DNA of 64,000 bases from Clostridia bacterium (GTDB taxonomy: Bacteria; Bacillota; Clostridia; Oscillospirales; CAG-272): contig JAGAVJ010000021.1 in NCBI GenBank assembly GCA_017942005.1, positions 102,676 through 166,675 on the forward strand, given 5' to 3'. Shown one piece after another: positions 1-8,169 of this stretch. The notes beneath the pieces are model-generated. The model saw only the letters and a program-made list of their open reading frames with translations, did no database searches and was not told the origin of the DNA. A program made the translations under genes and the position numbers. Position 1 is the first letter of the stretch, and the number at the start of each line of letters is the position of its first letter.

Positions 1-2496
1 GAAACAATAGGAAATAATGCATTTGATGGCTGTAAAGCGTTGAATACTATCACAATTCCTAAAAGTATCACAAAAATGGGAGAATATGTCTTTTCGGGTT
101 GTGAGGTTCTTTCTTTCGTAACATTTGAAGGACAAGAAGGACAACTGGAAGAAATAGCAAACGGTACCTTTCAATCCTGTGTCAATTTAACAACAATCAA
201 TATTCCTAATAGTGTAAAAAGAATCGGTGATTGGGCGTTTAATAGCTGCAATGCGCTTACAGAAGTAACGCTTCCCGTTTCGTTGGAAACAATAAGTGCT
301 GAAGCATTTTCTCATTCTGGCATCACAAAAATAATAATCCCGGATTCTGTAATAAGTATTGGCGAAAATGTATTTTTTGACTGTTGGGGTTTAGAAGAAA
401 TAATTATATCTGAACAGAGTCAACTTGAATCAGTCGGCGCTTGTGCTTTCCAAAGCACAATAATCCAAACGATTCAGTTTTCTGACAGTTTGAAATCGAT
501 AGGAAACGGAGCATTTTGTTTTTGCGGCAGTCTTGAATCTGTAACTTTAGGAAACGAACTTGAAACAATAGGAGGTGAAGCATTTTCTCATTGTGAAGCG
601 TTAAAAAGCATCATAATACCAGATAGTGTAAATTATATTGAAAACGATGCATTTATTGGCTGCGTAAGTTTGTCTTCTGTTATGCTTCCGACGACTATTG
701 AAACAATGGGGACTGGAGTATTCAGCGATTGTTCCAGTTTGACAGAAATTACAATTCCAAATGGTTTGATAAAGCTTAACGATTGGATGTTTCATAATTG
801 TGAAAAATTAACATCTGTAATATTGCCCGAAGGTTTAACTGAAATTGGAGAGGGCGCATTTTGTAATTGTACTGCACTTACAGAAGTAACGTTGCCCGAT
901 TTACTGGAAACCATTGGAAATCAGGCGTTCTATCATTGTGAAGTGTTAAAAAGCATCAAAATACCGGATAGTGTAACCTCTATTGGTGAAGATGCATTCA
1001 ATGGTTGTTTGGGTTTGTCATATGTTACACTTCCCGCCTATATCGAAACGATAGCCAAGAGCACTTTCTGCGATTGCGGCAGCTTAACAGAAATTGTCAT
1101 TCCAGATAGCGTGACATCCATTGGCGATTGGGCATTTGCTCATACTGCCATCACGGAAATAACGATTCCGGATTTTGTAACAAACATTGGCGAATATGCA
1201 TTTTATTGTACTCTATTGAAATCATTCCGGTTTCCGGAAAATATTACAGTGATCTCTGAAGGAATATTCAGGGATTGCCCCGATCTTCAAATGGTAACAG
1301 TTTATGGAAACGTGACGCAAATAGAAGAAAAAGCATTTTGGTCATGCGGAAATCTTCAATCTGTAAACTTTTTCGGGGATGCCCCGCGAATTGCTGATAC
1401 GGCTTTCCTTCAAGTAAACACTGATATGCTGCGGTTATATTATAAAAGTGACAGAAACGGTTGGGAAAACGCTGATTATCATTATGAAAATATTGTAAAT
1501 GAGATTGGAGATACATATACGTTTTCTTTAATAGTATCTCCTCACGATGTATGTAGTGACGAAACCCTCTGCGACAATGTCTGTGATGTTTGCGGCGAAT
1601 ATTTAAACAACATCAAAGCAAAGCTTGTCAGCCATTCTCTCAGCCTTGCAGGAGATATTGCAGCAAACTTCATCGTAGAATTTAAAGAACAGCCCTCACT
1701 GGATATCCGTATGATCTTTACGGTAAATGGAGAAGAGCAGGCGGTTTCGATATCGGAAGCAACATTAAAGACTGGCACGGCATCTACCTATATATTCCCC
1801 TGCCATGTTGGCGCACCGCAGATGACAGAACCGATTTATGGATATATCTCCGATGGTATAAATCAAAGCTCTACATTTACTTATACTGTAAAAACCTATG
1901 CCGACGCCATTTTAAACATGGCGCCAAGTGAAAACAATGATAAGCTTCAAAATCTTGTTCAGGCAATGCTGAATTACGGTGCATATTCACAGATGTATTT
2001 TAAGGTAAATATAGACAGCCTTGCCGCTGAGGTCGGTGAGGAGGAGCTAACGGCATTCATATCAATTGATGACGAATACGCCTTCGTAAAGCCCATAATT
2101 CCGGAAGGTTTTGGATTGTCCTACGCTGGTTCCAGCTTGATATTGAATTCCAATACCGTATTAAGACATTATTTTGACTTAGAGTCCGGAAGCACGATTA
2201 AGGATTATACCATTACGGCAACAACAGATGGCAATCAAAACATGCCATTGATACTTGGGGAGAAAAACGGTAAAAAATATGTACAGATTGAAAATATATC
2301 TGCTGCCGACCTTGACGTCAAGTATGAAATTACAGTTTCTAAGAATGATGAAAGTTTTACAATGGTATATAGTCCGCTTACCTATATAAGAAATAAACTG
2401 AATAGTTCAACGCCACATCTTAGTCATCTTGTAAATGCGCTTTATCTTTACCATACAGCGGCAGAAACGTATTTACACTATTCAAAGGAGCCTTGA
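1..2496 (+). CDS. BspA-type leucine-rich-repeat (LRR_5) surface protein, 5'-truncated by the window edge, with an uncharacterised tandem-repeat C-terminal domain
   Basis: Frame is open from base 1 (ETIGNNAFDGCKAL). About 20 repeats of ~23 aa (LxxIxIPxSVxxIGxxAFxxCxxL), then a Cys-rich linker (CDNVCDVCG) and a ~290 aa non-LRR C-terminus. No LPxTG, SLH or TM anchor is visible. Confidence 0.9.
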   Translation, partial: ETIGNNAFDGCKALNTITIPKSITKMGEYVFSGCEVLSFVTFEGQEGQLEEIANGTFQSCVNLTTINIPNSVKRIGDWAFNSCNALTEVTLPVSLETISAEAFSHSGITKIIIPDSVISIGENVFFDCWGLEEIIISEQSQLESVGACAFQSTIIQTIQFSDSLKSIGNGAFCFCGSLESVTLGNELETIGGEAFSHCEALKSIIIPDSVNYIENDAFIGCVSLSSVMLPTTIETMGTGVFSDCSSLTEITIPNGLIKLNDWMFHNCEKLTSVILPEGLTEIGEGAFCNCTALTEVTLPDLLETIGNQAFYHCEVLKSIKIPDSVTSIGEDAFNGCLGLSYVTLPAYIETIAKSTFCDCGSLTEIVIPDSVTSIGDWAFAHTAITEITIPDFVTNIGEYAFYCTLLKSFRFPENITVISEGIFRDCPDLQMVTVYGNVTQIEEKAFWSCGNLQSVNFFGDAPRIADTAFLQVNTDMLRLYYKSDRNGWENADYHYENIVNEIGDTYTFSLIVSPHDVCSDETLCDNVCDVCGEYLNNIKAKLVSHSLSLAGDIAANFIVEFKEQPSLDIRMIFTVNGEEQAVSISEATLKTGTASTYIFPCHVGAPQMTEPIYGYISDGINQSSTFTYTVKTYADAILNMAPSENNDKLQNLVQAMLNYGAYSQMYFKVNIDSLAAEVGEEELTAFISIDDEYAFVKPIIPEGFGLSYAGSSLILNSNTVLRHYFDLESGSTIKDYTITATTDGNQNMPLILGEKNGKKYVQIENISAADLDVKYEITVSKNDESFTMVYSPLTYIRNKLNSSTPHLSHLVNALYLYHTAAETYLHYSKEP

Positions 2497-3272
2497 TTCG
2501 ATTGATTAAGAAAAAATTTTATGTATTTTTATTATTTATCTGTGTTCTTATTATGAGCGTATCTTCCCGCATTTGCAATGCTACGGTAATTGAACTTCCG
2601 GAACTGCCTCTTGAGGGTACAAAGGAAACAGAAACAAAGCCTTCTGATAATTATACCTCTCCATCAGTCATAACGGATATTGTAGAACCGGAAGTGGAAC
2701 TGGATACGGATGAAACAGCGCCGCAGGAACTTACTATCAAAACAGTTCAATTCAACGATGTTTTGGTAGACAGCTATTATTATGAAGCTGTACAGTGGGC
2801 AGTTGAAAACCGTATTACAAGCGGAACGGGCGAAGAGACATTCAGTCCGGAGGTATCCTGTACACGCGGACAGATGGTAACATTTCTCTGGAGATTGGCA
2901 AAAGAACCAGAACCAACGATACAGAAATGTCCGTTTGCTGACGTTAACGAAGACGCCTATTATTATAAAGCCGTTTTATGGGCTTTGGAAAATCATTTAA
3001 CATCAGGAACATCAGACACTACATTCAGTCCTGACAGCATAGTAACCAGAGGACAAACTGTTACATTTTTATGGCGGTATGCAGGAAAACCAAGTACATC
3101 AAATTCGATAAATCCGTTTATAGATGTGGATAGCCATGCATATTACAGTGACGGTGTGGTTTGGGCATATCAGAACCATATTACATCGGGAACATCTCAG
3201 ACAGAATTTAGTCCTGATGCAAACTGTACCCGTTCGCAAATCGTGACATTTATGTGGCGTAATCAAAAATAA
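2493..3272 (+). CDS. Secreted S-layer homology (3x SLH) protein with N-terminal IELPELPLE motif and acidic Pro/Thr/Glu linker
   Basis: Signal peptide (KKK, hydrophobic stretch, ...ICNA). Three SLH repeats (FxDVxxxxYYxxAVxWAxxNxITSGT...FSPxxxxTRxQxVTFLWR). TTG start overlaps the upstream TGA. Confidence 0.9.
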   Translation: MIRLIKKKFYVFLLFICVLIMSVSSRICNATVIELPELPLEGTKETETKPSDNYTSPSVITDIVEPEVELDTDETAPQELTIKTVQFNDVLVDSYYYEAVQWAVENRITSGTGEETFSPEVSCTRGQMVTFLWRLAKEPEPTIQKCPFADVNEDAYYYKAVLWALENHLTSGTSDTTFSPDSIVTRGQTVTFLWRYAGKPSTSNSINPFIDVDSHAYYSDGVVWAYQNHITSGTSQTEFSPDANCTRSQIVTFMWRNQK

Positions 3273-3299
3273 TTTTAACAGAAGAAAGGAAGAACTGTG

Positions 3300-3407
3300 A
3301 TGAACAAAGAACAATATGAAACCCCAATTATTGAGGTTGTGGAATTTGAAACTGAGGATATTATTACGACAAGCAATAATGAATTTGAATGCGAAGTTGA
3401 TATTTAA
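3300..3407 (+). CDS. 35-aa RiPP-like precursor peptide MNKEQYETPIIEVVEFETEDIITTSNNEFECEVDI
   Basis: Translated by hand (below the ORF-track cutoff). SD GAAAGGA upstream. YxxP-x-I leader motif typical of RRE-bound leaders. Lies directly upstream of the kinase/RRE/peptidase genes. Confidence 0.8.
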   Translation: MNKEQYETPIIEVVEFETEDIITTSNNEFECEVDI

Positions 3408-3417
3408 AAGTATAAAC

Positions 3418-3477
3418 ATGAAAGAACATTATGTTACACCAGATGAAATTGAACTTCCAGAAATTCCATTAGAATAA
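3418..3477 (+). CDS. 19-aa micro-peptide MKEHYVTPDEIELPEIPLE (short or internally deleted precursor)
   Basis: Translated by hand. YxxP motif as in the preceding peptide; C-terminus matches the SLH protein motif 8/9. SD is weak, so it may be translationally coupled or a relic. Confidence 0.6.
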   Translation: MKEHYVTPDEIELPEIPLE

Positions 3478-3554
3478 AATGAAACGCACTCTGTATACCA
3501 GATAATTAAATAGTCTGTATACAGAGTGTTCTTATATACGCAATGGAGAAAACG

Positions 3555-4247
3555 ATGTTTTCCATAAAACTTGCCAACCATATCTTTACAGTTCAAAATC
3601 AATATTCCTATGTTGAACGCTTGTGTCACGGCTATTTATGTGATAAACCCGGCATACCGATCACTGTGACAGAGGAGGAAATTGAGAGGGAACAGACTGC
3701 CGATATCCAATTTTCAAAAGAATATCTGGAAAGCCTTGCCGTTTACCGCAAAATCTGTGAGTATCTTTTGCACGATGATATCCTTCTGTTTCATGCATCT
3801 GCCGTTATGCTGGACGGAAAGGCATATCTGTTTACAGCGCCGAGCGGAACAGGCAAGAGTACCCATGCAAGGTTGTGGCGTGAAAAATTTGGAAATCGGC
3901 TGGCGGTAATCAATGACGACAAGCCGCTTTTATCGATTACAAAAGACTGTATTACCGTGTACGGAACACCTTATGCAGGCAAGGAACATCTGCAAACGAA
4001 TACCTGTGCCAGAGTTAATGCAATTGTGTTTTTGCATCAGGCGCCGGAGAATACGGTATGCAGATTAAACGCGCATGAAGCGTATCCGAAACTGCTGAAT
4101 CAGGCATACCGTCCTGCCGACAGCACAGGGATGATCAAAACCATGGATTTGATAAAATGCTTGTCCCAGCTTCCCCTGTATTCGCTTCACTGCACGATTT
4201 CACAGGAAGCCGTAGACCTGCTATATTCGCAATTAAAGGAGCTATAA
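3555..4247 (+). CDS. HPr-kinase-like P-loop protein (RiPP peptide-kinase-like)
   Basis: FHASAV...APSGTGKST (His plus Walker A), INDD acidic motif, YGTPY. GGAG SD precedes ATG 3555; alternative start 3543. Confidence 0.8.
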   Translation: MFSIKLANHIFTVQNQYSYVERLCHGYLCDKPGIPITVTEEEIEREQTADIQFSKEYLESLAVYRKICEYLLHDDILLFHASAVMLDGKAYLFTAPSGTGKSTHARLWREKFGNRLAVINDDKPLLSITKDCITVYGTPYAGKEHLQTNTCARVNAIVFLHQAPENTVCRLNAHEAYPKLLNQAYRPADSTGMIKTMDLIKCLSQLPLYSLHCTISQEAVDLLYSQLKEL

Positions 4248-4249
4248 AC

Positions 4250-4519
4250 ATGAAATTGAAAAATGGATTTATTCTCCATGATGTGGGAGACGAACATTTT
4301 GTGGTTGCTACAGAAGATGCATTAAAGACGTTTCACGGAATGATTCGCAACAATGCAAGCGCCAATTTCATCTTTCAGCAGCTGCAAAGAGATACAACAG
4401 AAGAGAAAATTGTTGCAGCAATGCTGAAAAAATATGATGCACCAAAGGAAGTCATTGCTTTCGATGTACACCGTGTGATTGCACAGATACGGAAAGCCGG
4501 TCTTTTGGATGAAGGATGA
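4250..4519 (+). CDS. PqqD-family RiPP recognition element (RRE)
   Basis: 89 aa, MKLKNGFILHDVGDEHFVV...NASANFIFQQL...YDAPKEVIAFDV...LLDE, consistent with the 3-strand/3-helix PqqD pattern. SD AAGGAG. Confidence 0.85.
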   Translation: MKLKNGFILHDVGDEHFVVATEDALKTFHGMIRNNASANFIFQQLQRDTTEEKIVAAMLKKYDAPKEVIAFDVHRVIAQIRKAGLLDEG

Positions 4520-4976
4520 AACTGCGGTGATTGCTGCACAGCTGCGGGCAGGAAAAACAGTGGTGACTTCAACGCGCGGCGTCAGCATGGAACCGCTCTT
4601 GCATGAAGACAAAACCCTTGTCACCCTTCAGCCGGTACAAAGGACACTTTGCGTAGGAGAATTGCCGATTTTCCTTCGTAACGACGGAAAATATGTCATT
4701 CACCGCATCATTGAGGTGCATGACGCCTATTATCGTACAAGAGGAGATAACTGTCTGTCGTCGGAAACAGTACCGCATACATCGGTACTCGGTGTTGTTA
4801 CCGAGATATACAGAAATGGAAGCTATCTCAAGGTGACTGACAAAAAGTATCTATTATATGTATGGATATGGAGAATTACAACGCCGCTCAGACTTATGAT
4901 ATTCAGAGGAATCACATGGTTAAAACGTATCATCAGACGGATTCGTCAAAAGAAGAAAAAAGAGAACAATACCTAA
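4509..4976 (+). CDS. S24/S26-family peptidase (Ser-His type, no N-terminal TM)
   Basis: GVSMEP (catalytic Ser), YVIHRII, TRGDN motifs. Basic amphipathic C-terminus. Overlaps the RRE stop. Confidence 0.85.
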   Translation: MKDETAVIAAQLRAGKTVVTSTRGVSMEPLLHEDKTLVTLQPVQRTLCVGELPIFLRNDGKYVIHRIIEVHDAYYRTRGDNCLSSETVPHTSVLGVVTEIYRNGSYLKVTDKKYLLYVWIWRITTPLRLMIFRGITWLKRIIRRIRQKKKKENNT

Positions 4977-6136
4977 AAGCAGAATATGCCATGCTGTATC
5001 TTACCGCCTGCGGCTTGCACGGTATAAAACCCGATATTGCAGCGGTACGTGCAATGGACTTGGAAGCGGTCTATGCCATCAGTCATCAACAAAGCTTATC
5101 CGCGATTACCTTTACAGCGCTTGCGCTGACAGAAGATGAAAATTTGCATCACACACCGATTTTTCTGCGGTGGCAGGAAGCGAAAAACAAGGCGATTGCA
5201 AAAAACGCTTTGCTGGATATCGAGCGGACAAAACTGTGTGCCTTTCTTGATGAAAAGCAAATATGGTACTTGCCGTTGAAAGGGATTGTCTTAAAAACAT
5301 TTTATCCAAAACCGGAAATGCGCCAGATGGCAGACAATGACATTTTGTTTGATGCTGCATATGAGCAAACGGTACATGACTATTTTACTGCACAAGGGTA
5401 TACTTCAAAGTCTTATGGTGTGAGCCACCATGATATTTATCAAAAACCGCCGATATTGAACTTTGAAATGCATACTGACTTATTTTATAAAACCCATGAT
5501 CCAGTATGGGATACATATTATTCCGATATCAAGTCCAGACTTCTTTGCGATCATCACTATGCCTATCGGTTTCGTGATGAAGATTTTTATATCTATCTGA
5601 TAACACATATGTATAAGCATTACAGCTTTGGCGGTATAGGTGTACGTTCTCTTTTGGACTGCTATGTCTACAATCGCGTAAAAGGGACTGCCCTGGATTG
5701 GTGCTATGTGGAATGTGAGTTGGAAAAATTAGGGATTCTCACATTTGAAAAGAAAATGCGGCAGCTTGCATGGAACGTTTTTTCGTGTCCGGATAATCCT
5801 TCTTTTTCAAAGCTGTTACCGGAAGAACAGGACGCTTTGACGTACTTTTTTGCATCCGGAACATATGGCTCTGTTACGCATCGTGTACAGAATGATTTAA
5901 AAAAAATAAACGGGCAAAGCTCACAGGTTCCGATTATGGTACGGTTGAGCTATATCATAACACGTTTTTTCCCGGATCCTGCGTTTATGCGGGTATGGTG
6001 CAATTGCTATTGTCCTTTTTTGAAATTACACCCCAAACTGTTCTTTCTTGCCTACCCATATCGTATTTTAACGAAGGGATTTAAAAATATGAGGCAATAT
6101 ATCAAGGAATGTCATATCATTATGAAAATTAAATAA
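4862..6136 (+). CDS. Nucleotidyltransferase-family protein (NTP_transf_5-like); start uncertain
   Basis: LPLKGIVL...RQMADNDIL, FEMHTDL, HMYKH...GGIGVRSLLD motifs. The first ~40 codons overlap the peptidase gene, so the true start may be later (4916 or 4991). Confidence 0.8.
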   Translation: MDMENYNAAQTYDIQRNHMVKTYHQTDSSKEEKREQYLKAEYAMLYLTACGLHGIKPDIAAVRAMDLEAVYAISHQQSLSAITFTALALTEDENLHHTPIFLRWQEAKNKAIAKNALLDIERTKLCAFLDEKQIWYLPLKGIVLKTFYPKPEMRQMADNDILFDAAYEQTVHDYFTAQGYTSKSYGVSHHDIYQKPPILNFEMHTDLFYKTHDPVWDTYYSDIKSRLLCDHHYAYRFRDEDFYIYLITHMYKHYSFGGIGVRSLLDCYVYNRVKGTALDWCYVECELEKLGILTFEKKMRQLAWNVFSCPDNPSFSKLLPEEQDALTYFFASGTYGSVTHRVQNDLKKINGQSSQVPIMVRLSYIITRFFPDPAFMRVWCNCYCPFLKLHPKLFFLAYPYRILTKGFKNMRQYIKECHIIMKIK

Positions 6137-6153
6137 TACCGTCTAATACGAAG

Positions 6154-6199
6154 AAAAAACGCAATACCGCAGGAAAAAACTTGCGGTATTGCGTTTTTT
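6154..6199. terminator. Bidirectional intrinsic terminator ending the RiPP-like operon
   Basis: AAAAAACGCAATACCGCA / TGCGGTATTGCGTTTTTT perfect 18-bp inverted repeat. Confidence 0.85.
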
Positions 6200-6339
6200 A
6201 TTTTATAAAAAGTCGTTTCCTATGTACCGTACATGCTGCATGTGCAAGCGTCATGATCATTCACAAAATTTCTATGATCTGCTCATATTACAGTAGTTTT
6301 TTGATCTATGATTATGGTATACTGAATATATGAAGGAGT

Positions 6340-7058
<719 letters not shown>

Positions 7059-7203
7059 GTTTATTTCCGTACAGGAGACTTTTATGGTTTCCTTTCTCAC
7101 TTGAACATGTCTGTACAGTTCTCTTATGTGGTTAGAATAATTTACAATTTTAGTCTTGCGATTATTCGACACTTCATATATAATTATTATAATATGAGTT
7201 CGA

Positions 7204-7260
7204 TGAGGAGATGCTTTTTGAAAAAAGCACCTCCTCAAACTCCACCGCAAAAACTTTTAT
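7204..7260 (+). repeat. REP-like palindromic repeat, copy 1
   Basis: TGAGGAGRTGCTTTTTGAAAAAAGCRCCTCCTCAAACTC...CAAAAACTTTT; near-identical at 26282 and 38594. Confidence 0.85.
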
Positions 7261-7299
7261 AATTACAATGATAGACTGGTAAGAAAGGATGAGCGAGTG

Positions 7300-7422
7300 A
7301 TGGAATATATGTCTTACACTAAAGATGCGGATAAGTGGGATATTTCAAAAAGATGGAAACCAAGTCTGAAAAATAAATTTTTCAGACCGTGTTTTGTGGC
7401 TTACGCCACAACTCCACATTAG
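7300..7422 (+). pseudogene. Remnant of a small HTH DNA-binding gene (MEYMSYTKDADKWDISKRW...) fused to repeat copy B
   Basis: SD GAAAGGA. N-terminus resembles the MEYMS...A.KW.IS.R excisionase-like HTH pattern, then runs into element sequence. Confidence 0.45.
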
Positions 7423-7467
7423 AAAGGAAATAACTTTTACAAAGTAAAAGTTATGGTCATAATCATG
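7362..7467 (+). repeat. Structured start-site element, copy B
   Basis: GTCTGAAAAAT/ATTTTTCAGAC; TTGTGGC-TTAC-GCCACAA; SD GAAAGGA; TAACTTTTAC-AAA-GTAAAAGTTA; ATGGTCATAATCATG. Confidence 0.8.
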
Positions 7468-8169
7468 AATGAATACAAAATAATGATCGTTGATGATGAG
7501 CCGGACATATTGGAGCTGCTTGAAAAATCACTTGCCGTCGAGGGCTTCCGCCATATCATAAAAATAGACAACGGACTTTCTGCGGTAAGCTCCTGCAAGG
7601 AATTACAACCTGACGTGATTATTTTGGACGTTATGCTGCCGGGGCTTGACGGTTACGAGGTCTGCAAACGAATTCGAGCGTTTTCCCATTGCCCGATTTT
7701 ATTTCTTTCATCAAAGAATGATGAATTGGATAAAATACTTGGTTTGGCTGTCGGCGGAGACGATTATGTAACAAAGCCGTTCAGTCCGAAAGAGGTGGCT
7801 TTCCGCGTAAAAGCGCAGCTGCGCCGGGTAGAGTATAGGCAGCATCCACTGAAAGAACAGTCCATAAAGGTTGGGGCATTGAACATTGATCCGGAGGGCT
7901 GCCGGGTCACGAAAGATGGAAAGGAGATTGAACTGACTGCCCGCGAATTTGAAATCCTGCAATACATGGCGCAGAATATCGGACGTGTCATAAGTCGTGA
8001 AAGGCTGTATGAAACGGTATGGGGTGAGGACAGTTACGGGTGTGATAATACAATTATGGTGCATATCCGGCACTTGCGGGAAAAGATTGAAAATAACCCC
8101 GCCTACCCAAAATACCTTATCACCATGAAAGGCTTGGGCTACAAGTTGGTAAATCCCCATGAAACATAA
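7453..8169 (+). CDS. OmpR-family response regulator
   Basis: IVDDE, LDVMLP, GGDDYVTKPF, winged-HTH TIMVHIRHLREKIE. Start 7453 or 7465. Confidence 0.95.
   Translation: MVIIMNEYKIMIVDDEPDILELLEKSLAVEGFRHIIKIDNGLSAVSSCKELQPDVIILDVMLPGLDGYEVCKRIRAFSHCPILFLSSKNDELDKILGLAVGGDDYVTKPFSPKEVAFRVKAQLRRVEYRQHPLKEQSIKVGALNIDPEGCRVTKDGKEIELTAREFEILQYMAQNIGRVISRERLYETVWGEDSYGCDNTIMVHIRHLREKIENNPAYPKYLITMKGLGYKLVNPHET

Noticed and set aside
1-1400. Periodic DNA similarity as a CRISPR or tandem array
   Set aside because: The ~69-bp periodicity is explained by the 23-aa LRR coding repeats. No repeat-spacer array or cas gene was seen anywhere in the window.
3300-6136. Calling the cassette a lasso peptide cluster
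   Set aside because: No asparagine-synthetase-like cyclase or transglutaminase-like B2 peptidase is present in the visible operon; only the leader, RRE, kinase and NTase resemble lasso clusters.
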